From Anthoceros angustus (lineage: Eukaryota; Plantae; Anthocerotophyta): a stretch of 64,000 nucleotides of DNA. The translations under genes were made by a program, and so were the position numbers. The first letter of the stretch is position 1. Every line of letters starts with the position of its first letter. Location of the stretch: assembly GCA_010909165.1 (NCBI GenBank), contig MU008213.1, forward strand, positions 188,402 to 252,401, read 5' to 3'. Positions 1 to 11,908 of this stretch are shown here, in pieces. The notes beneath the pieces were generated by a model. That model did not search any database, was not told the DNA's origin, and saw only the letters and a list, made by a program, of their open reading frames with translations.

Positions 1-419
1 GTCGCGGCTCGGGTGTCTAGACATGGCGGGCGGTCAAATCTTCCTCCACTCCCGCCGACATTGGGCGGGAGATGCAAGGTTTATGCAGGCGTCCGGTGCC
101 ACCACGACCCTCCCACTAATGTAGAGGGTGACCATGACGGTGGACACCGACTCAACACATATGGATTTTCCATTGCGCGTTTGCATTTTGTTGTCCATAC
201 AAAGTTGCCACGATTTTCAAATCTGCGTTTATAGGCAATGTACCGTTAGCCAAACTAATATGAGATGAGGACATACAAATACGGAAAAGCAGATCCTCTA
301 TGATTTGCTCCTAGGTTTAGGGGTTTTTAATGAAATCAGGAAAACATGGTTTTGGGTGGCTTTTGTATACCTTTCGACCCGGTGTACACCCTTCCAACTA
401 GTGACCAGGAGCCGTCACC

Positions 420-767
420 AGTCCTAAGGAGACCTTGTTCAAGGCGGACATCGTCCTGAAGATGTCGCGGGAGGCACCGAAAAAGGCGCGGACACGGGAA
501 GCGCGCTTCGTACAAAGCCAGAAGATGATCAGACTGCCCCTGAAGCCAAAGCCAAGAGTCCGGAGAGGGCCCAAGAGGGGTACTTGGGGCCAGTGGGACA
601 GCAGTGGAAGTAGACGAAGACGCAAGTCGCAGCTGAGCCTCCCAAGTCATCTGATCAAAATCCTTGTGGACCCGACCTATGTGGTTCCTGACTCCGCGAG
701 GCTTGAATAATTTCCCACACACGGGACATGGAGTGTCCCTCACAGGGACGGGAGAAGAGGGCCCCAT
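420..767 (-). mobile_element. 5' fragment of a CRE-like (RLE-type) non-LTR retrotransposon ORF with an N-terminal C2H2 zinc finger, truncated
   Basis: The ORF from ATG 767 reads CPVCGKLFKPRGVRNHIGRVH (C2H2 finger), then LLALYEARFPCPRLFRCLPRHLQDDVR, which resembles the N-terminus of CRE-like elements. Other parts of such an element occur at 32.1-34.2 kb and 63.2-64 kb. Assigned by recalled family similarity, not a search. Confidence 0.5.
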
Positions 768-3700
768 GCATCGAAAAAAGGAAAACCTAAAAAATTCCCC
801 ATGAGTGTCTTAGTCTCTTCCGTTTAACAACAGGATGGTTCTACTGCCTAAGATAGGGGCCGCGAGTAAGAGCTTTCTAACCCCTTAATGAAGGAACGGC
901 TGAAATTGGGTCCTTTGCACACTATTTAGGTTCATGCGTGCCAATAAATCGGTTTTCTTGGCTAGGGTTGTGCAGCATGGCCTTCCTCCTATCTCAAGCA
1001 TAAAAAAATTAGACATCGGATGCATATTTGAATCAAGGAGAGAATACATCTGAAACATGGATCAGCTTCTTTGCAGACCTCAAAATTGGAAACGGAGACA
1101 TAGAGACCCTAAATTTGAAATCATGAGAAAGGGGGGCGTGTCCCGGTTCCTCGATGACCACACACCGCACTCCACTCAGCCACCTCACCTTACTACCTAG
1201 TAATCTAGCCACTGGAGAGAGTCTAGGTGGCGTGCCAACGTTAACCAAGGCATGGTGGTTGTGCACATGGAGTCCTGGTGCGTGGACGCATCTCCTCAAC
1301 ATTGTCTTGCAGTTGTCGTGTCCCACATGTTTTGTGTCAAACTCTAGCGTTTCGATCAAGCAATGGAAAGTTGGTTCGTCTCCACTCCAATGTATCGTAT
1401 TGTGGGCACTTGGTTATATTATGGCTCATGCAATTTGTGCTCGTCAAACTCACCATTCAAGGAAAGATATGGGGGTGTCTTGGATGATGGGTTTTATGCT
1501 GTTCGGCTCAACGGATGTGGTGATTTCGGACACGGTGGTACCTCGTTGGAAGCAAAATTCTCGATGAAATCTTGTTCTAATTCTTCCGTAATTTCATTTC
1601 ATAATTTTGGACAAATTTTTTTAAAATTACGTTTCGATAAATTTCCTCAAGAAAATAGCGCAGAAGGGGCCGTCCTTGAGGGGTTAACCTGATTAATTTA
1701 AGCACGCTAGAAACATGCTTTCTACTAAGGCTTGTCGTGGCCCTAACCTAATTCAGCGTCGGGATGATGACACACTGCTAAACTGTTCGAAGGTTGCAAG
1801 AAGAAGAAGAAGAAGGTTGCAAGGGGCGGGGGACTCTGGAAGGGAAAGCATTGGCCCTTGTCCGATGTGATGGGCCATCGAATGCTGCTGATATTGCAAG
1901 GCTGTCCGAAATTGCTGGCCGATGCTGGTACTACTGCTTTCGATTCGTTTGAGGCGAGCATCCCCGCAGAGGAACAAACAGGCGCAGATATGAGGGCGTC
2001 TCCGAGGTTTGTGCTTGGCTCGGTCTCCGCCTTCCTCCTTTCATTGGCATTGCGTCTGTCTCCGCCGCGCTTTCTCCGAGTTGTGATTCCCTTTTTCCCT
2101 CCGAATCTCACTCCAATTGGCTTGTCAGCTGGATGCTTCCAGCGAGGAGCAGTTCACGAGGTCTCTCATCATACAAGCTGTTCGGCAAGTGATCGTGTGT
2201 AAGAGGCATGGTCGCAGCAGCGTCCTCATTACGCCATAGACCATAAGGGGCCTGTTGTCGGTTGTTCAAAGATGCAGGCACGGGTATGGTTTGACTGAGT
2301 TCTCTGACAGCCTAAAGAGGCAGCCGAATGGTTTGGCCAGGAAATGCTGTCTGCCTGCAGTTGAACATGGATGGCAGTGGCAGAGCCGCTCTCGGCGCCA
2401 CACCGCGTGAATTGTTGGCGGGCTAGAGGAACTTCGAACGGCTTGCAAGGGCTTGCTTGCAACAGTATCCAATACTTTGGCGGTGCAGCAGAGCTAAGCG
2501 TTACTGGAAGCCGCGAGTCACACAGCGGCACATGCAAACTGCAAAACGATGCCCTTTGCAGCTTTCTTTCGTCCGTGCTGCAGTTCTTTTGTGTGCTCTC
2601 CGGTTTCTGACCCAGGCAAGTGGCGAGGGAGGCAGCAGGAATGTGCTAACAAGGGCCAGTCTCCAGAAGCGAGTCCGGAGACCGAGACGTGGCTCATGTT
2701 GTCACCTTGAAAGGAGTATTCTATGTTGGCACGGTTAGCCCGGGCCCAGTGTCCGGCAGGGTGTGAGAGCAGGGGAAGCGGGTACTGATGTCATGGGGCC
2801 AGCTCGGGATGGACTCGAACCTTGACGTCATGGCGGCCCTGGAGAAGGAGGAGTGTGCTCTCTCTCTCTGCTGCCAGTGCCACTGCGGCCCTGCCGCAAT
2901 ACACGGTACGGCGGAGAAGCGGCTCAAGGCTCGAGCTTCAACCTCACATGACGCCGCGCACCGCTGGGGTCCCTCCAGCGGAAAGGAATTGGTTGTTTCC
3001 ACCATCTTCGAGCAAGCGATAGGTTTGGAGCGCTAGTGCTGCAGTCAGTCGTCAGATGGAAAGCATTTAGTTTATGGCTGCATCTTCAGGCTGTGCGCCT
3101 TTTCCACACCTCTATGTGGCATAAGTTTTTCTCACGTCCACTTCGATTATTGCTTCCTCTTTCGGTTATTACTGTGCTGATCTTGCCGATTTTGGGTGCA
3201 GGTTACTCATCATTCGTCTGGGGACTCTGGACTCCTGGGTCGCGGCCTGTCAAGGATCCAGCTTTTGCTTTGCGTCCACTGTTCCACAAACGGCCTTCAA
3301 TGCACTTTTGTTTCGAGCTGAACACTGTGCATGTCGGGCGCAGAGGAACAAGCGGAAACAGTGGGCAGGGGGCCTGGAAAACTACAAGCAACGAGCTGTT
3401 TAAGAGTTTTCTGTCGGAATTGCCTGCTGTTTATAGCAGATATGGAGATGGTCAGCAGCATCATTGGCGAGTGATGAGTGACCTTGTCCGATAAAAGTCC
3501 TTTTATCATCAAAGAAGTCCTTCCCGATATGGATAACAGGCTACAGTGCCGTGTATTACATCTCTCAAATGACTCGCCTGGGAAGCTCTCAGGTATGTGG
3601 AACGTGTATGTGATAGCTCTGTTTTCATCCGTGGAGGATGGCTTTTCCCAGTCATGGGTGGGACATGGAACCATCTAGTTGGCAAGCTGGCTGACTTGTG

Positions 3701-6166
3701 TTGGTAGCTTGAAAGCCATGTAAGCTGTCAAAATTTTGCAGAATTATCTTGCGAGATTCTTGTGCTCAACGGTATTTTAAGGCTGAAATATGGGCTATGT
3801 TGGTGACGCAGTGTGGAGAACAAGATTCAAGCAGAACATCTCCAATTGGCGTATTGGCGTGGTACCCTGGCAAGGTTTCAACCCAATCCTGGCTTTGGTA
3901 GAAGTCGCCGAGAGCGGAGGCATCGCCAGCTGTTGCAGCGAGCAGAGGGGAAAAGTACTTGGATAGCAAGGCAGGGGCATTCATTTCGGCGAGCATTCCG
4001 CCTCCGTTCAAGTTGCGGTCACGCCAAAGCAGAATCTTCGGCCGAGAGCTTTTAAGCTTGAGGAGCATGCGTTGAAGCCGCGGCTGCCACATTGATGGGG
4101 CATGTGCTCCATCCTCCAGAATGTGCGTCCGCACTTCTGCAAAAAGTTGGATAATCTATAGTAATGGCCTCAGGAAATTGGGAATGCCCTGGCACTGCTG
4201 TAGAGATTTTTGTCTAACCTCAACTTGCTGTGGCGTCAACGCAGCTCTGTAGCTGCAAGTGGCAAGAAGCCTTTACCCATAGGATGCAAATTGGGTCGGG
4301 CGAACAGTGCTTGCGCCGATGCCTCATGCGTATTCAGGGACTGCAGTGGCGTCATTCTGTTTGCAGATTGAAGAAAACATCCTCATGCGCCATGCGTTAT
4401 TGATATCTGGGCTGCTCCTTGCAGTCGCACATGGTCTGGGGTAGCTTGGACAGCCCAGCTGAGGCTGAGTGTAAAAGCGGAGATATGATGGACACGAGCA
4501 AGGCGGGCCATGGCGAGCAGCACGCCCCACCGAGAAGCTTGCAGAGAAGTGACGGACTGACAAGAGGGGAGAGATTGACGAGGCAATTGTGTCAGGGCAA
4601 TGAAGAGGTCACATGATCCCAAAAGCTGGTTCCTCCGGAAGCAGGCACTGCCTCGGAGTGTGCGTGTCCGTCAGCTGGAGGTGAAGCTGCGGCTGCTTTG
4701 CTGCTGCCCAGTGCCGGTGCCCCGCAGACGACTCCAATGCATAACGGGCGGCATAATGCCGCGGCTGCCTCGGACCTTGCATGAATCTGTTGTGTATTGT
4801 GGCTGCGAACGGTAGTGGCAGGGGCAGTGGTGGAAGAGGCAGTGGCAGTGGCAGTGGCAGCCCAGAGGGGGTGTGGGCCGCCTGCGGTGCCTCGGGGAGT
4901 TACCACCTGTGCGAGCAGCAACCTCGAGATGGGCAATTTTGGTGCCTTGCTTGTGCAGGCAAGGCGAGGTGGTAGAAGTTGGCCCCTATTGCGGCTGGTA
5001 GATGTGTGGCCTAGCTGTGGAAGTAGGTAGCTGCAGTGGCCCAGCTGACGGTTTCCACTCGACTAGATGCTTATGGCGCACGTCAGGCTGAATGGAAGAG
5101 AGAGCATGAAGGAGTAATGAAAATGGCAGCCAGCTCTGGTGCTTTGTTTGTGTGAGGAGTAATATGAAGTTACATGATAGAATAGAAGTGATGGTGGTGG
5201 CGTCAGTACGAGGACGGCAGCGTGGCCAGGTGTCCGAGTTGTACAGCAGGGTTGACGACGACTTTAATACGAATACATGTACAATGAATGGTGGTTGCGG
5301 TGTGACAATAACTTCCAGGGAGTTTGAGACCAGCCCGCAATCAGAGGCAAGATTTGGCCGTAGCAAAAAATATCGTGACAGAGGTAAGGTAGGTGGGCAG
5401 TTGAATGCAGTGTGGAAGCAGCAGGGTCATAGGGCTCGAGAGTGAACGAGCTACTACATATGGCGCCGAAAATTCTGTTGTTTACACTACAGTCGCGGAA
5501 AGCACGCATAAATGGAAGGAGTACTTGCTATGATCTCAAATGATTGACCAGGCTACTTCCTGTGGGCTGTTCCTGCCCGCACTCTCAGCCCAAATTTCAT
5601 ATGTAGGGTGTGAAGTGTGAAGAGGAGGAGACACTGGACAGGCCAGGCATGGTCAAAGCCTGTGAATGTACCTAAGCGGGATCGAATCGACTGTCACCGA
5701 TCAGTTATCGTTACCTATCTATCTGCATCTTTTGCAGTCTGGAGGTGGCAGTCAATCTTTGTGAATCTCCCAGCCATAACACGCGGGTCAGAGACTATTA
5801 AGCAATGTACAGTGTACAGTATAAGTAAGCGAAGAGGAGTCTACGCTGGCCGGATGTGTGCTGTACAAGAACGGATGCAGTTATGTATACTGTTCCTGGA
5901 AACCACCATCCGAATCCGGTTCCGATTCCTTCACATGTGTGGTTTGACATTAGAGTAAGCGCAGCGGGAATCTGATCCGTGGCGGTCGCCCTTGCTGGAG
6001 GACAAGGGCATTGCGTTCTCCGAGGCGGAGGCCTGAATCAGGCTGCTGAGTAGCTTGGCTTTGGCCCCATACATATCATGGAGCAGCAGCCGCGGCAGTG
6101 GCAGGTGGGCTGGGGCCCCATGTCTGGAGAGCGAAAGCGAGGTGGTGGCAGTGATGAGAGCAGAGA

Positions 6167-6214
6167 GGCAGTGGCAGTGGCAGTGGCAGTGGTAGTGGTA
6201 GTGGTAGTGGCAGT
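6167..6214. repeat. (GTGGCA/GTGGTA)n hexamer microsatellite
   Basis: Read directly from the sequence. Confidence 0.9.
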
Positions 6215-6904
6215 GTGTGTGGTGACTCCTCTCATGTCATCTGTGATGAGCGGCGAAACGATCCTCCTCGTTGCTGGCACCCTGGCCACCGTAGCAGCAC
6301 TCCAGCAGTCGGACTCCAGCTCGGGCTGTATGCGGCTGCCTCCACTGGTGAAAACACACAGTCGGTGGCCTGTCAGGGGACGAAATGCCAGTGTGGAGAG
6401 TCCACGCTGGAAGCTCACATGGAGCCCTTTCACACGGGTTGGTGGGGGAGAACGTGGGTCTCTCAGAATTGGATTATAGTCTAGACCAAATCAGTGTGGG
6501 AAAAGAAGCAGCGGAGGCTGATGGAAGGGAATGGAGCCTGAGGGAAGAGGAAATGGAGCGTATTGTACAATAAGTGCACCTGAGCGCGCACATGCGCGGG
6601 GGCAGGGTAGTCTGCCTTGGTGGCTTTGGCCGCGACCCGAAGTCTGGGGTCCCATGGTTTGTTTCACTCGAGAGTCGGGCCTCGGCCGACCCGACCCAGC
6701 CCGACCCGGTTCCCCGGAAGTGAAACATGGCATGTCGCGACTGACAAGGCGCGGAGTCCCAAGCGCCAGCTGGCGGTGAATGGCTCAGCGCCGACCCACG
6801 ATCAGCTGGCAAAGGCATGCCCATCGCCGGGCCTTGGGCCTGGGCACTGGGCAGCCGGCTTCATGAATGAAAGAGGCAGCCTGCAGGGCAGGAATGATGG
6901 GCGC

Positions 6905-6950
6905 TGGGGCCGGGGCCGGGGCCGGGGCCGGGGTCGGGGCCCGGGGGCCG
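6905..6950. repeat. (GGGGCC)n hexamer microsatellite, G-quadruplex-prone
   Basis: The sequence reads ggggccggggccggggccggggccggggtcggggcc. Confidence 0.9.
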
Positions 6951-8187
6951 TCCCGCTCCACCCGTTCCCGTTCCATCAGGAATATTATGGTCCGGACACA
7001 ACAGTATGTTTGGAGGGTGCGGGTGCGGGGCCCCGAGCGTGGTGACAACGTAACGGTACCCGGATACCCGCCCACAAGCACAAGCCGTGACCTCACCTTT
7101 CCACCTCAACATGCCATGCCATGACCCAAGGGGCGGACCATCTTTGCTCCTGGGCGCTGGGCGGTGAGAAATAATCACTCCGGGGGCCCCCATGAAGGCT
7201 GTGGTGTTCGGGGTGCTCATGTTCAGGTGAGATTCATCATGAACCATGATACTCGCGCCATGCAGAATATGCATAATGCAATGTTATGAGAGGGGTCTTG
7301 CAGCCAGGCCAGGCCAGCCCAGGCAAGGCCAGGCCAGCTGCAGTGCACAGGCCTGATGAGGCCGCCCCCGAGGCGATAGGCGATGAGGAGAAGCGAGCAG
7401 ACAAGATAATCATTTGGTGCAAGCTGGCCTGTTGCAGCTGGGGCCCCCTACGTGCTGCGTGCTGCGGCGGTACACAGTCCACACATGCATATGCACGGCA
7501 GACTGTATGTTCCTGTACATATGTATGTGCACAGGATGTTACATGTGCACATACATACATATGTACATGGTATGTAACACCAGTGCCAGGTGGCATGTAC
7601 ACATGTAGGCCGGGCATCTTGGGTATGGTATGTGCATCGTGGTTATGTTGTGAGGAGGCGGAGGCGTGTCTTTCGACAGGATCAAGACAAGGGGGAGGTT
7701 GGGCAAAATCTCGTCGGGAATCGGAATGGAGAAGCAGGCGGCAGGATGAAGGCAACACAATTGCAAGCAAGGAATCATGGAGGCAGCGCTGGCAGTAGGC
7801 ATCTCAGATTTGGGGGGCATCAGCATCGATATCCAGATCCCCGAGAACAAAATCAAGCCCGCGTGTCTTAAGTCAAGCGTCCTGATGCCCCATGAATCCA
7901 CGTGAAGCCACGGCTTGCTGAGAATAGGCGGCCCGAGACGGGCCGGGCCCGGTTCGCCCTGGCCCCCAGGCCCCTGGCGCTGTGGGAAAGTGGAGGTCAC
8001 GCCATCCCGTGGCCACACAAGCGACACTGCTTCCAACATCAATCACGCAAGCAACGCCAGTCTTCACCGATTAGGAGACACGAACACATTCATCTGTTCA
8101 AATCAAATGCAGAATGCAGGCACAAACACACATACATACACATACATATGTTCATACCATACGTCATATGGTGTGTGACAGTGAGAT

Positions 8188-8231
8188 CCCTGCCCCTGCC
8201 CCTGCCCCTGCCCCTGCCCCTGCCCCTGCCC
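8188..8231. repeat. (CCCTGC)n hexamer microsatellite
   Basis: Read directly; about 7 units. Confidence 0.9.
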
Positions 8232-8700
8232 TTCCTTCCATGACCTGTACGGTGGGAGTACGGGTGGAAATAATATTATTACTGTATTACGCAGCCGGGC
8301 GCTACATAAACGTTGGGCAGCTCCTTTTGCCAGGCAGTCAGCTATGACCCAATGCCAGGATGGGCATACACATGTAGTCAGGCTGCTTGTACCTGCTGCT
8401 GCTTTTGTGGGCTTGTTTGTATTGAAACTCCAAGGGATTCTGGCTTCCCTTCACGTGATCCAATTCAATGGCACATATGTAAATCGGAATCAGGGTCCCT
8501 TGGCAATGCCACATCCACAGCTTGGCCCGGACCCGGACCCGGACCCCGGCCCACCCATGCTTCTTTGTGTGTGTGTACCTACCAGCCTCCTCACCTCCAA
8601 AGCCTGCTGCCTGCTGCCTGCTCCTGCTGCCTGCTGCGCTTCCTACAGGTCGTATACACCCATGTGACTAAGGAATCGGATTCCAAATTTTGTTGAGGGC

Positions 8701-9004
8701 TGGATGTGAATTGAATTGACTACAACTTTTCAATAAAATTCAATGTCCCACCACGGTTACACACTGGTATCGCCCTCACCGGGATGTGAATCGAATTGAC
8801 CACCACTTTTCCATACAATTCAATGTCCCACCATGGTTAGACACTGGTATCGCCCTCAGCTGGATGTGAATGGAATTGACCACCACTTTTCAATACAATT
8901 CAATGTCCCACCATGGTTACACACTCGTATCGCCCTCTTCTAGATGTGAATTGAATTGACCACCAATTTTCAATGCAATTCGATGTCCCACCGTGGTTAC
9001 ACGC
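8701..9004. repeat. 80-bp tandem minisatellite, about 3.8 copies
   Basis: The anchor GATGTGAA recurs at 8703, 8783, 8863 and 8943 (exact 80-bp period). The whole unit repeats, with no unique spacers. Confidence 0.92.
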
Positions 9005-9769
9005 CGCGATGTGCATGTTGCACACTCTCGTGCTTTAATTTTTCTCCTGAATCCATGGCCACATCCATGTGCTGTCTGACACCACATGGATGCATCCGCC
9101 ATGTTCTTCAACGGAATATGGATGGCCCATCTCACACACGTTCCGTATATGTATGTATGTACGCAGGGCTGCCCGGCGCCGTAACTTGACTTGCATCCCC
9201 ACCATCCCATGACCTACCGCTGGCTCTAGTCCCCATGCCCTAATCATACCGCTACGTATTTGTACGTGTATACTATATATGCATAGAAATTTACCGTGCG
9301 TGGTGAGGACCCCGTGGCCAATATATTGTTGTTGTTGTTGTGGCTTAATTCAAAAAAGAGAAAGGAGTTGGTATGCAGCAGTATACCAACGCCTTTTGCA
9401 ACTCACGCTAGATTCTGGGTTTGATCCCAGCGTGGTCCAACACATAAGGCGTGTTCTTTTTGTTTAGTGAATTCGGAGACTTTATAGATATTTCAAAGTG
9501 CATACATATTTCAAAGTGCACCACATGAACCCATGAGTGGCCGCCGCACCACTCCTGGGCCTCTCAATTGAGGCAGCTTGAAACCGCGGAGCGGTTACAC
9601 TCTCTAGTGATGCCGCTCGAATGCGCGGAGCAGCAACATCCTCAACTGAGACTGCTCAAATGCGCGAAGCAGCTGTGGGAACTTTTTGAACATCCCATTC
9701 TGTTTAGAACATGGCGTGCGTGATGCAGCACTGTTTGCGCTAATCATGTCCTATTTGGATTTATGTGTT

Positions 9770-10700
9770 GTAGAGTGAAGACCAGTATGTAATTATGGAG
9801 TGGAGGATGTTTGGCTGGATGTAGGCAATGTGGTGGCCCATCTTGTGGTGAAGTGGGAGGAGCCATCGTGGTAGTGTGGGAGTTGGAGGTGTGCCGGAGT
9901 TGGAGGCGTGCCAGAGGTGGAGGTGTGCTGGAGTCTGAGGTGTGTTGGAGTCTAAGTTGGTGGCATCATAGTTGTGCTGGTGGTGGATGAGGCTGGAATA
10001 CCAGCTGCTCATGTGGTGGATCTGGGCTGGAGATGGACCTGGCAAAGGGCTGGAGATGGACATCTTGGTTGGAGAGAAGGAAGTGATTGATGAAGGGATG
10101 TTCGTTGTGGTTGCTAGAAAGAAGGGTGTGCAAGATGGGAGCTCGTTGTCTTCTATTACAATTGTTTGTGGTTTTCATGGATTTGATGTAATCCATCTTT
10201 GCAGATCCGGTGCTGACTTTGGTTTCTGCTTTCAGTCTTGCAGGATTGGATAGCCTAACAATATGGCTGATTTTGAAGAGGAGCTTGAGTTTGTTTCGAA
10301 GAAGGTGCTTCAGAAGAAGCTGGAAGTGCGTGAAAGGACCGAACATGTGAAGAAGTTGTAAGTAAAGCCTGTGAATGTCTGGGACTGGAAAGAAGGAGAT
10401 GGCACACTCCGTCGTGCAGGTTTTAATGTTAGGGATATTTCATACACTGATATTCTCAAGGATCTGATTGGTGGTGACGAGTTTATTGTTAGTGTGTTTG
10501 GGCCGATAGCTGGGAAGAACGAAGGGTTCAAGTGGTCTCGAAAACGCGTTGCAAGGGAAGATACTTGCAGTTGCCTGGATTCTCCATCGGAGGAGCAAAT
10601 GGAGTCAGCTGCATAGGTAGTGTGGACACCATGGTGCTCCACCTGCCACAGACTCACCTTGCTCACCCCTTGCAGCAAATTTGACAACTTGAGGGTGCGC
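9770..10700 (-). mobile_element. Highly degenerate L1-type LINE ORF2 remnant (tentative)
   Basis: Minus-strand frames contain EISLTLKP...TGFTYNFF (like the pre-RT K-S-P-G-P-D-G-F-T motif) and NILHSIITYWSSLY (like the post-RT SVLSSIPxYW motif). There are multiple stops and frameshifts, and no clear YADD. Confidence 0.35.
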
Positions 10701-11753
10701 ATTCTGCTTTACTCCTTGTCCAGCGCAAATCGAAGAGGATTGGCCCACCAGGCAACCGAATTCGCTAGACCATCCTGCTGCTTGGGCCCGAGAGCATCCA
10801 AGCCTAACCTCTCTCGTACGACCTCTATTCCTGGCTCCTAGATCGCTCCGTCTTCATCAAACCCAGATCCTGCCCCACTCAAAGCCCAAAATTCAGCACT
10901 CCCCAATCCACTTCAATCCAGAGGGACCCGGAACAAAGCCCTACCAACAAATCCAATTCACGGGGCCTTTGCAGTGGTAGCGGAATTTCGAAATGTGCGT
11001 GTCGAAGTGTGTGTAACAATCTCCAAATCGGCCGTATTGGGAAAGGCGTGGTCACATGGCAAATAAGGAGGCAAACTGCAATTTGTGACCCGAATTGCTG
11101 AATGTAGGGCAAACCACCAATCCGGTGGTGCCCTCGGTAAGAACGTTCTCACATAGAGCTTGTGCCCACTTAGTGGGACGATGCTTATATTTTTTATAAC
11201 GAGGGAGAACACTCATCCCTAGTCCATCGTAAAGATGGCTCTAATTGTTTAAGTTTGCATCTCATCTATGCATATATGTCTCCCTATATAATGATAAACA
11301 TATAATCACATGTTAGGTATAAGATTCTTTGTTCCATACACAAAAATTGTAGTTATACCAAAATGTTGTTTATAAAATGTTAGATATAACTGAATATGTT
11401 TACAATTGATTTTGAATAATAATTATTTGATTTTTCAATAATAAATATTTTTATTCGTATACAAGTCATGTTAGGGCTCAATTCTTTACCACTTCACAAA
11501 CAGTTGCAAACAATTAATTATCATCCATCCTAGGATCTTATGTATGACGAACATTATTTACAATGAACCAAGTAATTCTTGTTCCATAAAAGTTTAGGTT
11601 TCCTCATTCGTGTGACCTATGGAACATGCAGGCTATTATTGAACATTTCAATCAAATATAACGTGGTATGGAAAACCTCTAAGTGGCTTAATTTCAAATG
11701 ATGGTCATAAGAATCAAAATACATAGAAAATACATTCAACATTTCAAGACATA

Positions 11754-11908
11754 GATCATACTAGACTAGACTGACACTTCGTTATGGGATCATACTAGAC
11801 TAGACTGACACTCCATTCTCTCTGACACTCCATTCTGGGATCATACTACACTAGACTGACACTCCATTCTCTCGAATCATACTAGGCTAGACCTGACACT
11901 CCATTCTT
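11754..11908. repeat. 34-36-bp degenerate tandem repeat (GATCATACTAGACTAGACTGACACTCCATTCT), about 4 copies
   Basis: Unit starts at about 11754, 11788, 11839 and 11875, with one extra partial CTGACACTCCATTCT. Confidence 0.85.

Noticed and set aside
1033-1692. Possible DIRS or integrase remnant
   Set aside because: Only vague word-level resemblance across broken frames; no diagnostic motif could be confirmed.
2700-4140. Degenerate PPR pseudogene
   Set aside because: Isolated PPR-like words without 35-aa periodicity; not supportable without an HMM search.
8701-9004. CRISPR-like array
   Set aside because: The entire 80-bp unit repeats with no unique spacers, there are no cas genes, and the context is eukaryotic.
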